In this document: one piece after another, positions 1-14,285 of the stretch
Layout of the letters: each line of letters begins with the position of its first letter
Numbering within the stretch: position 1 is the stretch's first letter
Made by a program: the position numbers and the translations under genes
The notes under the pieces: model-generated
What the model was told of the DNA's origin: nothing
Database searches by the model: none
The model's input: only the letters and a program-made list of their open reading frames with translations
Assembly: GCA_964016885.1 (NCBI GenBank)
Contig: OZ024742.1
Coordinates: 313,472,001 to 313,536,000, forward strand
Reading direction: 5' to 3'
From: Eledone cirrhosa
Lineage: Eukaryota
DNA length: 64,000 nucleotides

Positions 1-1316
1 TTGTACTTTCTGAACACCCACCTCCGCTGCTAATTCAGTCACCTAGGTAGCAGAAGCTGTCTACTGTTTCTACAGAGCCCTCCCAGAGATTGGTGGTACT
101 TGTTTCCTGTGGCTGTTTGCTGCTTGCTGTCCCAGCACAGCTGCTACATGTGAAGCCTACATTCTTAATTAAGCTTCCTGAGATCCTGCTACATCTCTTG
201 TGTACCCATTGTTTGCATTTGGGGCAGAGAATAGAGTTCCTACCTACACCTCTCTTACATACTGAGCAAGGCCATTTCCCTGAGGGGATCTGGGTTCTGT
301 TTTCTCGTCTACTGACAAGGACCTTGGTCTTTGTCAAGTTGACTTTGAGACCCTTTCTTTCTAGTCCCTGCTTCCAAGTTTGGAATTTCTTCTCTAATTC
401 TACCATAGATTCAGCTATAAGTGCGAGGTCATCTGCATACAGGAGTTCCCATGGGCATCCAGTCTTAAACTCCTCCGTTATTGCCTGCAGGACTATGATG
501 AACAGGAGAGGGCTAAGAACAGAGCCCTGGTGGACACTGACCTGTATGCTAAATTCCTCGCTATACTCATTGCTAATCCTAACTTTGCTGGCTGCTCCCC
601 TATACATGGCTTGTACAGCTTTCACAAGCCATTCATCTAGTCCTAGTTTTCTAAGAGCCCACCAGATTATAGCACGTGGAACTCTGTCAAAGGCTTTCTC
701 GAGATCGACGAATGCCAGGTAGAGTGCCTTACTTTTAGCTAGGTACTTTTCCTGTAACTGCCTCACAAGGAAGAGGGCAGTGGTGCCTCTTCCTGGTACA
801 AACCCAAATTGCATCTGATCTAGTTTCACCCGGTCAACTGTGCTATAACTCTTTCTGTTACTTTCATAGTTTCCTCTATCTAGTACATCACCTTTACCTT
901 TGTAGCAGTTGACAATGATGCTACTGCACCAATCTTTTGGTATGACACCTTCTAGTATTACCTGGTTAACAATACATGTGACCTACAGACCCAGATGCCT
1001 TCAGCATCTCGGCAGCTATCCCCGATGGACCGGTTGCCTTCCCCATCTTCATATCTTTGATTGCCTTACTTACTATGCTGCTGCTGACTTGTACTGCTGG
1101 CCCCTCTATAGAGTCTACTTGGGGTAGGTTCTCTTCTTCCCATGCATTCTCCTCATTTAGTAATCTATCATAATGGCTCTTCCATGCATCTTTCTTCTCA
1201 GGACTTGTGAGGGCAAGCTCACCTTTATCATTCTGGATATACTTCTCTCCAATGACATCACAATTCTCTCTGGCACACTGCCTCGCAATCTTGAACACCT
1301 TCTGTTTCTGGTCCTC
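1..1316 (-). mobile_element. 5'-truncated, degenerate RTE-clade LINE fragment (same family as 39.5-42.9 kb), runs off window start
   Basis: ORFs 966-1421 and 35-829 give [14 protein letters not shown]...QFGF...LLYADD...PHD...FCYLGD, near-identical to ORF 39378-42572 apart from small deletions; 5' end abuts (TA)n at ~1317. Confidence 0.95.
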
Positions 1317-1452
1317 ATATATATATATATCAGATAGGGTGTAGTAAAAACCAGCTAGACCATAACCCACCAGAGTACTCGATACCGGCTGAGCTCCGGT
1401 CGTTTCAACAGCTAGATCCAAGTTCGGACCTAGCCGTCGGAGTCCTGAATCT

Positions 1453-1493
<41 letters not shown>

Positions 1494-1699
1494 TATATAT
1501 ATATATACTGTAAAATGGTTGTTTTGGTGTCATGACAAAAAGCACCCAGTCCACACTATAAAGTGGTCATCTTGGTGCCACAAACAAAAAACATCCATTT
1601 CACACTGTAAATTTGGTTGGCATTAGGAAGGGCATCCAGCTGTAGAAACCAAGCCAGAAACAGTTCTGTATGAGCAAGACATGGTCATCTGATTTGACT

Positions 1700-2065
1700 T
1701 GTCTCACAACGGGACAACTCAATTGCTTAAACAGTCATACAGCTCCCATAACTTTTGGAAACATTTTTTCACGCTCAGAGTTGCTGAAGCATGGAACAAA
1801 CTACCTACATCTGTTGTTAGCTGTTGGGACACTGCATCCTTCAAAACTTCCATATTTCCTGAAATTCGCCAACACTACACCTGATAATCCCCCTTCCATA
1901 CACATACATGCATGTATCTGTGTGTGTGTCTGTGTGTATATCATGACTCATACACTGTTCACTTTCCTGACGTACATTATTCTATGTACTATACATGCAC
2001 CTTTGATGAGTTGTAATGCACCTGAGCACTGTACACAATGATTCTCATAATCATTTTATTAATAA
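1700..2065 (+). mobile_element. 3' fragment of CR1/L2-group LINE
   Basis: HFFTLRVAEAWNKLPTSVVSC..TASFK is the typical CR1/L2 ORF2 C-terminus; AT-rich tail follows. Confidence 0.75.
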
Positions 2066-2089
2066 TAACTTATTTCAGGCCTTTAACTG

Positions 2090-2452
2090 TGGTCACGCAG
2101 TAATACAGAGTACCCGACCTCCCATGGGTACAAGCTGAAGCATATAGACAATATGCCCCCCCCCCCCCCCCCCCCCACTGCAAGGTGGTCGTGGAGGTGC
2201 CACGGCAAAAAAGCACCCAGCCCACACTGTAAAGTGGACGTGTAGGCGCCACGAAAAAGCACCCAGCACTCACTGTAAATGAGGTTGATTGTTAGGAAGG
2301 GCATCCAGCTGTAGAAATCAAGCCAAATCAGTTCCTGTATGAGCAAGGCATGGTCAGCCGACCAGACACTGCTCACAACAGGACAACCCGTCTAACCCAT
2401 GCTAGCGTGGAAGAACGGACGTAAAACGGTGATGATGATGCTGATGCTGAGG
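2090..2452 (+). mobile_element. RTE family-1 3' end (ORF tail + poly-C + 5'UTR-like module + (GAT)n tail)
   Basis: Near-identical to 42525-42874; ends ggacgtaaaacggtgatgatgatg. Confidence 0.9.
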
Positions 2453-2685
2453 ATTAAAGTTATACAAGATAGAGAGTCTCAACATTTTACAATTTCTAAT
2501 GTTTTTATAATAATTTTTTGATTTAGGCACAAGGCCAGCAATTTGTGGGAGAGAAAACTCAATTGTATCACCCTCAGTACTTTACTGGTACTTTATTTTA
2601 TCGGCCCCAGAAGGATAAAAGGCAAAATTGATCTTGGTGTTATTTGAACTCAGAACAAATACTGCAAAGCATTTTACCTGATGCT

Positions 2686-2914
2686 TTAACCCTTTAGCAT
2701 TCACATTACTCTATATACACTATTGTATTTTTGTAGTAAACACTTTATCTTACATAATTATCGCACATAATATCGAATCTATGAGATTTTGATGTTATTT
2801 ATTTTGAGAACAACGCCTTAACATCAGTATAAGCAGCCAGTTTCAACTGGTTTGGACAGAAAGAAGTGAGACATTTCTAGCCAGATATGGCCAGTTTGTA
2901 TTCTAAAGGGTTAA
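2686..2914 (+). mobile_element. piggyBac-like MITE
   Basis: TTAA-CCCTTTAG ... CTAAAGGG-TTAA termini; six related copies in window. Confidence 0.85.
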
Positions 2915-2951
2915 CAATTCTCTTAATTCAATGTTCTTTAATACTTTAATA

Positions 2952-3133
2952 ATTGTTTCTACTTTTTGCACAAGGCCAGCAATTACTCCAGTGTATTACT
3001 GGTACTTTATTTTATCGATCCCGTAAAGATGAAAGGCAAAGTTAACCTCGGCGGGATTTGAACTCAGAATGGCAAGGGACGTAACTCTATGCGTCAAAAC
3101 ATGGCACCCGACTCTCTACCGATACTGCCAAAT
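2952..3133 (-). mobile_element. tRNA-derived SINE with Nin/Deu-like domain
   Basis: Reverse strand has GGCAGTATCGGTAGAG (A box), GAGTTCAAATCC (B box), GCCTTTCATC..CGGGATCGATAAAATAAAGTACCAG. Confidence 0.8.
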
Positions 3134-5156
3134 GATAGTTGATTTTATGAATAAAATGCATTGTTAGAATTACTGACATTGATTTGTGTAACTCAAATGT
3201 TATGACTAACATGAGATATTTAGACATATCTAAAGCAAGTCTGTTTTAGACTATCAAACTAAAAAAATAGATGGCAGCTGAGACATGATCACATATTAAA
3301 TACACACAGTGAAACTAAGTGTATGCCCTTTATTATTTTTATTACACATTGGAATTAATCTACTTTTATTCAACAAATTTCAATTAAATTTTTTAATTTC
3401 ACATCTAACATTAAAATTTATTCTAGGTAAAGTTTTATTTGCATCATAGTAAAAACAATTTAATAAAAAAAGAAAGAAAGGGATCCTTGCAAGGTGGAAA
3501 TAAAGTACCAGTAATGCACTGGGTAATTGCTGGCCTTGTACCAAAAGTAGAAACAATTATTACTTTTGTGACTGTTGCAGCGGGTGTTGTTGACCATAGT
3601 TCGCAGGAATGCTTTTGTGGTCTTGTCCGCGAGACGCAGCTCCATTACTGCCGCGCTCTAGACCAGAGTCTAATCATCCACCCCTTCCCCACCTCATTCT
3701 TCCATGACACTAGAGCCTTTGCCTTTCTTTTACTTTTCCAGTTTTTTTTTAAATTTATATTTTCTTATTTTACATTCCATTATATAATGTTTGCCAAAAC
3801 AAGAGAAACGAAAAACAAATAAAATAATTAAAGTAAGGGTAGAGAGGAAGAATCAGCCGAATCTACATCCCAGTCAAGGCTGTATATCTCAGTTGTGCAC
3901 CATATGGTATATGGATTCATATATGCCTTTATATTTTCATTTCATACTTAGATATTTGGTAATCATGAAAATTCTGAATGCAAAACCTATGGTTCAGTAG
4001 TTAAGCCTCTTTACTATTCAGCTCCTTAACCAATCCTAGTCATAGCATGAATATTATTTTGTATATTTATTCATGTTACTTGTTTTGCTTTCCATATGGA
4101 AAGAGTTAACAAGGGAAATGTAGATTAGGATTTATCTGTAAGCTCCTGACTCTGAATAGAAGCTTCCGGAAATTTAAGATTAGATTATAGAGATTGAATT
4201 ACAATGTGAATACATCTGACATGGTACGTTACCCTCTAGGAAAACAGCTTAAAAGCCATTATCTTTGTTCAGTTTTGATGCCATTCTCTCTCGGTACAAT
4301 GTTTGAGGAAAAGAGAACAGTAAAAGGTCGTTTTCATGTTTAATAACTCAATTAGGAGAAATTATCATTCTATCTTTGTTATAAATAAATTTGCATCAGA
4401 ACTACAGCATTTCCAAAGACTGAAACACTTTTATCCTTGATTGTTAATTACAAATATACTATATGTTCCTTCGGTAAGTTTTACTGCCATCTAGTTGCAA
4501 ATTAAGGGAAATACTTGACACAGTCTGTCGAGAACATCAAAAGAATCTATCTGATTTGTTTGGCATTTAATTAACATAGGGAATGCTATATACCTTAAAT
4601 GCTCTCTCTTTACAATATTTACAAGAATTCTATTTTGTTTTTCTTTTCATAACAAGATTCTTTATTGTTGTTTTTTCTTTAACATCCTGTATAATATTTA
4701 TTTATTTATTTATTTGTTACAGAGGCTTAGTAGTTAAGGTGGATGACTCATGACCGTAAGGCTGTGAGTTCAATTCTTGGTAACATGTCTCTTTCATATT
4801 GCTCCAGTCCACTCAGCTATTTATTTATTTATTTGTTTGTTGCAGAATTCGGAAGGTGTGTGGCTTAGTGGTTAAAGTGGTTGGTTCATGACCCTAAGGT
4901 TGTGAGTTCAATTCTTGGTGGCATGTCTCTTTCACATTGCTCCAGTTAACTCAGTAACAAAAAAAATTAGTTGTACATGTAATTCAAAGAACTAGCATTG
5001 TCACATACTGTTTCATACTGAATCTCCTTGAGAACTCTTTTAAGAGTACACATGTCTATGGCATGATCAGCTACTTGTTTGTTAATGTTATAAGCAGGCT
5101 GTTTCATTGAGCAAACAGGTCAATAGCAGTCTATTGGCTGTATATAAGGGTGCTCT

Positions 5157-5345
5157 ATTGGCAGTATCAGTAGAGCATCAGACAACATGCTTTGCATATA
5201 CTTACATTCTGAGTTCAAATCCTGTCAAGGTTAGCTTTGCCTTTTCATCCTTACGGGGTTGATAACATAAAGTACCAGTAATGCACTGGGGTCGATTAAA
5301 TAACCCCCCGAAAATTGTTGGCCCTGCACCTAAGTCAAAAACCAT
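5157..5345 (+). mobile_element. tRNA-derived SINE, Nin/Deu-like
   Basis: ggcagtatcagtagagc...gagttcaaatcc...gccttttcatccttacggggttgataa. Confidence 0.8.
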
Positions 5346-5381
5346 TACCACTATCAGTTTAACCTCTTTCTACTGTTTTAG

Positions 5382-5534
<153 letters not shown>

Positions 5535-5855
5535 TAACTTTGTGTGCTCTGAGTTCAGATCATACCACAGAACTGTCAACTCTCCCTGTCCGATGGGGAG
5601 ATCTCCTACCCATTTAGGGGTAAACACATATGTTATATACAAATATAAATGCATTCAAACATATTGTATTTAGGATTCTAAGCTAGTAGGGTGTGATTTG
5701 AACAAGATTTGGCTGCTATTTCTAGTATATTAAATTACCACACAGAAAACCTTGTTGATTTGAATAAGTAGCAGTAATTGTACAGTAGTTATTTCTTTTA
5801 ACTATACCATTCCCTTACAAATTTATGGCTTTGTATAAAAGTTATATATCAGTGT

Positions 5856-6083
5856 TTAACCCTTTAGCATTTACATTATTCTATATTTACTATTTTATTT
5901 TCATAGTAAAGGCTTTACCTCATATAATATCTCACATAATATCGAATCTATGAGATTTTGATATTATTTATTTTGAGAACAATACCTTAACATCAGTGTG
6001 AGTGGCTAGTTACAGCCGATTTGAACAGAAAAAGGTGAGAGAATTCTGGCCAGATATGGCTGGTTTAAATACTAAAGAGTTAA
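5856..6083 (+). mobile_element. piggyBac-like MITE
   Basis: TTAACCCTTTAG...CTAAAGAGTTAA; similar to 2686-2914. Confidence 0.85.
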
Positions 6084-6138
6084 ATTAATCAATATTTGAA
6101 AATCTTTTTTGAAATGAATGTATTATTTATTTTTCTAG

Positions 6139-6201
6139 GTATCAGATAAACTCTTTGATGAGATTAACTGGGTGGTGGTACATTCTCTGAAGTCAGTTGT
6201 G
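6139..6201 (+). CDS. TTLL1: TTLL1 coding exon (VSDKLFDEINWVVVHSLKSVV)
   Basis: ttctag|...|gtaagt; 63 nt, phase 0/0. Confidence 0.95.
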
Positions 6202-6399
6202 GTAAGTATTGTATCAGAATAAGAGATTACTCTACTGCTCTAGTTTATCATCCATATTTTATCATGGAGGCAAGTGGCTTAATGGTAAAGGTGTTGGACT
6301 CACGATCATAATGTTGTGGGTTCGATTCCTGGGCTGTGTTGTGTGTTGTGTTCTTGAACAAGACACCTCATTTCATTCAAAACACTCCAGTATTCATTC

Positions 6400-6640
6400 C
6401 TTCAGCCCCCATCACTCTCTGTGGAGCATAGGCCATTGATGACCCTCCACCATCATACATGATCCTGGGCTGCTCTCACCACTTCACTCCACTTCACTTG
6501 ACTTCCAGTTTTCTTAATTCAGTCTCAATGTCACACCTCCAGCTGCCATGGGGCTGGCCTCTCTGGCCTCTCTTCCTCTTACTCTGTGGGTTCCAGGTCA
6601 GGGCTTGGTGTTGGATGCTGATTTCCTGAGGGTATGTTCA
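6400..6640 (-). mobile_element. Old RTE LINE 3' fragment
   Basis: Reverse translation resembles QALTWNPQSKRKRG.P..SWR.D.E.EL....W.....AQD of RTE C-termini. Confidence 0.7.
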
Positions 6641-7305
6641 GTATACTCAGTTGAAAATGAGCTCCAGAAATATCTGGGGTTTTTTATGCTTTATTTATTA
6701 ATTTCTGTTGTTCATACACATCATGGGGTCCTTTTGAGGTGAAGAGAAATTGAATGAGATTGTTGTGTCATATGCTGGAGGATCTAAGACTAATACTAGT
6801 CAGAGAATGAGGTGCAGTATCCATAATTTTTTCAAAAGTTCTCAGGACTGGTGGGAAGACCTGGCTTGAATGCTTACAATAGAGTGGAGTCCAGTAAAGG
6901 TGTTCAAAAGAAAGAGGGTGGTGTTAAACAGAGTAACAGATTAAATTTACCACTCAAAACGGTCATCACAAAAAAGCAGCTTTGATCATCATCATTTTAT
7001 GTCTATTCTTCATGCTTACATGGGTTAGATAGGTTGTCACATTCTGAGGCTCTAGACAGGTTAGATAACTGCGTCTTGCTCATGTGGTCCATTTTGGTTT
7101 GGTTTCTATGGTTGGATTTATTCCCTGATGCCAACTACTTCATGATATATACCATCTGATAGATTGGACTGGGTGCTTTTTATTGTGGCACCAGCCCTGT
7201 CACTTGACAGATAATTCATTACTTTAAAATAGAGACAGGATGAGAATGGAGGGAACATGAGTCTTGATAGAGCAAGTTTTAATTTCAACTTATGATATTT
7301 TCCAG

Positions 7306-7346
7306 AATTGCATTTCCAATGATCGACACTGCTTTGAATGTTACGG
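7306..7346 (+). CDS. TTLL1: TTLL1 coding exon (NCISNDRHCFECYG)
   Basis: ttccag|...|gtaagt; 41 nt; HCFECYG hallmark. Confidence 0.95.
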
Positions 7347-7609
7347 GTAAGTAGGAACTTCATAAATTACTTCATATATCTTACTGTTGTTCCTTTTGAT
7401 TTTAACCTATTCCATACCAAACTGCCTGAAGTTACACTTAATTCTATGATACAAAGCCATATATTTTGACCTGATTATATTTATCTAAAAACCTATTATA
7501 ATTTTATGCAAGAACCTTTATTAAGCTATACAGAAATTACCAGCTAAATAATGAGAAAGTTAGTTTTATTACTAAATCCCTCCAAATTTTTTATTATTTT
7601 CAAAACTTT

Positions 7610-8389
7610 TGAAAAGAACACCAACACCACCACCACTACCATCAACATCAACAATAGTAACAACAACACCACTACCATCAGCAACAACAACAACACCACC
7701 ACTACTACCATCAACATCAGTAATACCAACACCACTACCATCAACAATAAAGACACCATCACCACCCACCACCACCACCACCACTACCACCACCATCACC
7801 ACTATCACTGCCCTCAACAACATTAACACCAATATCACTACCACCACCACCACCATCACCACTATCACTGCCCTCAACGACATTAACACCAATTTTACTA
7901 CCACCACCACCACCACTACCACTACCACCACCATCAACAACATTAACACCAATACCACTACCACCACCACCACCACTACCACCACCATCAACAACATTAA
8001 CACCAATACCACTACCACTACCACCACCATCAACAACATTAACACCAATATCACTACCACCACCACCACCACTACCACCACCATCAACAACATTAACACC
8101 AATATCACTACCACCACCACCACCACCACCACTACTACCACCATCACCAATACCACTACCACCACCGCCAACAACAATAGTGTCAGTTACAACCAGAACA
8201 ATACAACAACAGCAATAGCAATGTTAACAAAATCACTAAGAACAACAATATTGGTAACAACAACAACAACATTGAAAAAGTACTAACAACAAAAACAACA
8301 TTGGCAAAACTACCACCACCACCACCAACAACAACAACATTGGCAAAACTACCACCACCACCACCAACAACAACAACATTGGCAAAACT

Positions 8390-8421
<32 letters not shown>

Positions 8422-8443
8422 CAATAACAACATTGGCAAAACT

Positions 8444-8481
<38 letters not shown>

Positions 8482-8542
8482 CAACATTGGCAAAACTACC
8501 ACCACCAACAACAACAACAATAACAACAACATTGGCAAAACT

Positions 8543-8580
<38 letters not shown>

Positions 8581-8695
8581 CATTGGCAAAACTACCACCA
8601 CCACCAACAACAACAACAACAACAATAACAACAACATTGGCAAAACTACCACCACCACCACCAACAACAACAATAACAACATTGGCAAAACTACC

Positions 8696-8732
<37 letters not shown>

Positions 8733-8743
8733 TTGGCAAAACT

Positions 8744-8781
<38 letters not shown>

Positions 8782-8797
8782 CAACATTGGCAAAACT

Positions 8798-8829
<32 letters not shown>

Positions 8830-9610
8830 CAATAACATTGGCAAAACTACCACCACCACCACCACCAAAACAATAACAACAACATTGGCAAAACTACCAC
8901 CAACAACAACAATAACAATAACATTGACAAAACTACCACCAACAACAACAAGTTGGTAGGCTACCATTTCCTATATTAGAGCCTAAAAGCCTGCCAACTT
9001 TGGTATTTGGTAGTTAATTAACTGATGGTATCAAACATTTCTTTAGAATTATTTTATCCACCACACTACCACCACCACCACCACCACACCACCAGTACCA
9101 CCACCACCACCACCATCGCCACCAGTACCACCACCACCAGTACCAGTACCACCACCACCAGTACCAGTACCACCACCACCACCAACACTACCACCACCAG
9201 TACCACCACCACCACCATCGCCACCAGTACCACCACCACCTCCAACACTACCACCACCAGTACCACCACCACCATCGCCACAGTACCACCACCACCAATA
9301 CCACCACCATCACCTCCAATACCACCACCATCACCACCACTAGCACTACCACCAACAGCAGCACCACCACCACCATCACCAGCAACAACAGCAGCAGCAC
9401 CACCACCACCAGTACCAACACCACCACCATCACAATACCACCAGCACCACCACAATTACTAGAATGACTATCACCACTACTACCACCACCACCACCATTC
9501 AATACCACCACCACCATCACAATACCTCCACCACCACCACCACCACCACCACCACCATAACCACCATCATCATCACCACCACCACCACCATCATCATCAT
9601 CACCATAAAG
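7610..9610. repeat. (ACC/AAC)-rich compound microsatellite with higher-order units
   Basis: Recurrent anchors e.g. acattggcaaaactaccacc (8297-8945) and atcaacaacattaacaccaat. Confidence 0.95.
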
Positions 9611-10064
9611 ACTCTCTCCCAACTGCTAGTTTTTGGTGTGGAAATAGAAACAGAGGAATGATAGGAATACAGTGAACGAGGGAGAGAAAGAGAGGAAGTT
9701 AGATAGACAGAGAGAGATGAAGGAGGGATAGATAGATATAGAGAGAGATGAGGGAGGGAGAGAGAGATGGGGGAAATAGATAGTTAGAGAGAAATGAGGA
9801 GGAGCGAGAGAGGACGGAGAGAAAAAGAGAGAGATAAGGGGAGGGAGGGAGAGATAGATAGAGAAAGAGAAAGAGATGAGGGAGGTAATGAAGAGAACAG
9901 CTCTAACCATGAATATTGGTCCCAAATCTTAAGGATTTCCAATCAACTCACTATAGAGATAACATCTTAGTTTAGTCTTAGAATTTGAATAAATTGTCTA
10001 GTTTCAACCATTTTCTGGTATTCATTGATTGCCAAGAATGAGAAGAATAGAAATAATAATTACT

Positions 10065-12000
10065 GTTGTGATGTTGTTGTTGTTGTTGTTGTGGTGGTGG
10101 TGGTGGTGGTGGTGGTGGTAGTGGTGGTGGTAATGTGGTGATTGTGATAGTGGAGTTGTTGTGGTGGTGGTGGAGGTGCTGGTGGTGTAGTGATGGTGGT
10201 GGTGATTGTGATAGTGGAGTTGTGGTGGTGGTGGTGGTGGTAGTGTGGTGATTGTGATAGTGGAGTTGTTGTTGTGGTGGTGGTGGTGGTGGAGGTGCTG
10301 GTGGTATAGTGATGGTGGTGGTGATTGTGATAGTGGAGTTGTGGTGGTGGTGGTGGTAGTGTGGTGATTGTGATAGTGGAGTTGTTGTGGTGGTGGTGGA
10401 GGTGCTGGTGGTGTAGTGATGGTGGTGGTGATTGTGATAGTGGAGTTGTGGTGGTGGTGGTGGTAGTGTGGTGATTGTGATAGTGGAGTTGTTGTTGTGG
10501 TGGTGGTGGTGGTGGAGGTGCTGGTGGTGTAGTGATGGTGGTGGTGATTGTGATAGTGGAGTTATTGTGGTGGTGGTGGTAGTGTGGTGATTGTGATAGT
10601 GGAGTTGTTGTTGTGCTGGAGGTGCTGGTGGTGTAATGGTGGTGGTGGTGATTGTGATAGTGGAGTTGTTGTGGTGCTGGTGGTGTAGTGATGGTGGTGG
10701 TGATTGTGATAGTGGAGTTGTTGTGGTGGTGGTGGTAGTGTGGTGATTGTGATAGTGGAGTTGTTGTTGTGGTGGTGGTGGAGGTGCTGGTGGTGTAGTG
10801 ATGGTGGTGGTGATTGTGATAGTGGAGTTATTGGGTGGTGGTGGTAGTGTGGGGATTGTGATAGTGGAGTTGTTGTGGTGGTGGAGGTGGTGATTGTGAT
10901 AGTGGAGTTGTTTTTGTTGTGGTGGTGGTGGTGGTAGTGAAAGTGGGGCTGTTGTGGTGGTGGCGATGGTGATAGTGAGGGGGGAGGGGGGTTGTAGGTG
11001 TGGTGGTGGGGGGGGGGGTGTTAGTGGTGATGGTAATAGTGGTGTTGTTGTGGTGGTGATAGTAGGGTTCTTATGGTGGTGGTGATAGTATTGTTGTTGT
11101 TGTAGTAGTGGTAGTGATAGTGTTGTTGCTGTGGTGGTGGTGGTGATGATGATGATAGTAGGGTTCTTGTTATGGTGGTGATGATGATAGTGGGGTTGTT
11201 GTTGTGGTGGTGGTGATGATGATAGTGTAGTTGTTGTTATGGTAGTGGTAGTGGTGGTGGTGGTAGTGGGGTTATTATTGTTGTGGTGGTGGTGATAGTG
11301 TAGTTGTAGTGGTGGTGGTAGTGGGTTGTAGCTGTGGTGGTGATGATAGTGTAGTTGTAGTGGTGGTGGTAGAGGGTTGTAGCTGTGGTGGTAGTGGTGG
11401 TGGTGATGATAGTGTAGTTGTAGTGGTGGTGGTAGTGGGTTGTAGCTGTGGTGGTAGTGGTGGTGGTGATGATAGTGTAGTTGTAGTGGTGGTGGTAGAG
11501 GGTTGTAGCTGTGGTCGTGGTAGTAGTGGGTTGTAGTGGTGGTGGTAGTGGGTTGTAGCTGTGGTGGTAGTAGTGGGTTGTAGCTGTGGTGGTAGTGCTG
11601 GTGGTAGTAGTGGTGGTTGTGGGTTGTAGCTGTGGTGGTAGTGCTGGTGGTAGTAGTGGTGGTAGTGGGTTGTAGCTGTGGTGGTAGTGGTGGTGGTAGT
11701 AGTGGGTTGTAGCTGTGGTGGTAGTAGTGGATTGTAGCTGTGGTGGTAGTGGTGGTGGTAGTAGTGGGTTGTAGCTGTGGTGGTAGTAGTGGGTTGTAGC
11801 TGTGGTGGTGGTGGTGGTGGTGGTAGTAGTGGGTTGTAGCTGTGGTGGTAGTGGTGGTAGTAGTGGGTTGTAGCTGTGGTGGTGGTGGTAGTGGGTTGTA
11901 GCTGTGGTGGTAGTGGTGGTGGTAGTAGTGGGTTGTGGCTGTGGTGGTAGTGGTGGTGGTAGTAGTGGGTGGTAGTGGTGGTGGTTGTATGGGTTGATAT
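10065..12000. repeat. (GGT/GTA)-rich compound microsatellite
   Basis: Anchors gattgtgatagtggagttg and gtgggttgtagctgtggtgg. Confidence 0.95.
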
Positions 12001-13599
12001 TGTTGTTGATACCACCATTGTTGTTTTTATTGCTATTGTTGTTATCACTGACATTGTCGTCATTATTTTGCATTGTCCCCTATATGTTGGCCCTTGTGGC
12101 CAATAAATGAAATCATTATTGCTGTTGTTGATGTTACTGTCATTGTTGTGGATGTGGTGTTTGTTGTTGTAATGTTATTGATGCTGCTATTATCATTGTT
12201 GTTGTTCTAGTTACTGTCATCATTGTTGTTGTCTTTGTATTGTCCCCTATATGTCGGCCCTTGTGGCCAAAAATCTGAAATCATTATTATTATCATTATT
12301 ATTAGTAGTAGTGGTAGTAGTGGTAGTGGTAGTAGTGGTGGTGGTGGTGGTGGTAGTATTAAAATCAATGGAGTTGGCAAAGTCCTGTGTAAAATATACA
12401 TTTCATTACACGGAATAGATTAGCGCCATCTTATTATTGTCCTTAACTTTCTGCCACATCTTGCAGTGAGCCCCTTACCACTCCTTTCCCCACCCCTCCA
12501 CACTTTTTCCCTTTTCTTTCTTTCTTCCCTGCTAACTCTTCCCTTTCCTTCACCCTTCTCTTTCTTTGTGAGTGAGTCCCCCGCTGACCATCCCTCCACG
12601 TTTTTTCCATTCCTGCTAACCCTTTCCTTTTCTCTATTCTCCTTTTTCCATTCCTGCTAACCCTTTCCTTTTCTCTATTCTCCTTTTTCCTTTCCTGCTA
12701 ACCCTTTCTTTTTCTCTATTCACCTTTTTCCTTTCCTTTCCTTTCCTTTCCTTTCACCCTTCCCTTTCTTTGTTATCTATTTCTGAGATTCTTGAAATTT
12801 AAATCCCAAATCCTCAACAAGAACTAATGGTAATTCATTTGATAACAATACTTATAACCAGAATTATTGTATTGCTATGGTGATTAAGCCAAGGTTTAAT
12901 GTACAACATGTGAGGCCACTGAACAATAATAAGATAAAGGGGTTTATAACAAAAGACGCAACAGCTGTAGTTATATTACTTGAGATAATAAACTAAAGGT
13001 TGCCACTGTTGTTGAGCCCTAGGTCAGTTCTGATTGTGTACCCCTATATGATCCATGGTGTACTAGTCATGACCGTCCATTCTGACTAACAAGTAGGGTC
13101 AGTAAGCATTAACAAGATTAAGATTTTATGACAAAATATACCTCAGCTATTGTTATATTACTTCAACCCTTTCATTACCATATTTCTAATGAATGACACT
13201 CTTCTTCTTCTTCTTCTTCTTCTTCTTCTTCTTCTTCTTCTTCTTCTTCTTCTTCTTCTTCTAAATGTCATGGGAACAGAGTCGCCAATAAACCCTTCCA
13301 GCAGGTTCTGTCTGTAACAACCATCTCCCATTGATCCAGCTGGTCACTGCCTATGATTTTCCAAATACTTTTGTAAAAAATCAAGAATTTTGATATTTTA
13401 TGATAAAAATGCTACAGTTATAGTTATATTGCTAAACTCTTCCATTACCATATTTCTAATGGAAGACATTGCCTATTATTTTTCAAATAATTTAATAAAT
13501 AATCAAGAATTTAGCTGTTTTTAGTTATGTAACTAACTTTCTCATTATAAAGTTCCTGTTTGGAGCATAACACACACACATGTATATATATATATATAT

Positions 13600-13915
13600 A
13601 ATATCATTTCATCATTTTATTTTACGTTCGCTTTTCCCTGCTTGCAAGGGTGGGACGGGAACTGATTCTGGCTTGATTTCTACAGCTGGATGCCCTTCCT
13701 AACACCAACCTCATTTACAGTGAGTGCTGGGTGCTTTTTTGTCGTGGAATGATATGGACCCCAGTCCTATCATCTCATTTCTACAGCTGAGTAAACTGGA
13801 GCAATGTGAAATAAAGTGTCTTGCTCAAGGAAACAGCACATCACCCGGTCTGAGAATTGAACTCACAACCTTTTGATTGCAAGGCCAATGCTCTAACCAC
13901 TAAGCCATGTGCCTC
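13600..13915 (-). mobile_element. tRNA-head/CORE-like SINE with RTE-derived body and tail (family A)
   Basis: Reverse complement of 14636-14980. Confidence 0.85.
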
Positions 13916-14157
13916 CATACATATAAATGGAGTAAAGACCCCCTTCGGTCACAAATGACCATGGGATTTGCACCTAGAAAACTCCCCTCCGAGGCACAAA
14001 TTCGGGTTAGGTTGTTTGTGTGGAAGACATGCATACCAGTCTCCTCTCTTCATACCACTGATCTAGTCCAAGGGAAAGGCAATGACCAATACAGCTTGGC
14101 ACCAGTGACATCACAACTTATTTCTACAGGATAAACTGGAGCAATGTGAAATAAAGT

Positions 14158-14194
<37 letters not shown>

Positions 14195-14226
14195 TAAATA
14201 TATATACATATATAAATTCATCGCCG

Positions 14227-14285
<59 letters not shown>

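Noticed and set aside
90-722. Antisense ORFs over LINE RTs (also 41327-41956, 45653-46201)
   Set aside because: Shadow frames of the RT coding strand
7544-12073. Mucin/extensin-like poly-T, poly-P, poly-V ORFs
   Set aside because: Trinucleotide repeats inside a TTLL1 intron, open in several frames, no splice support
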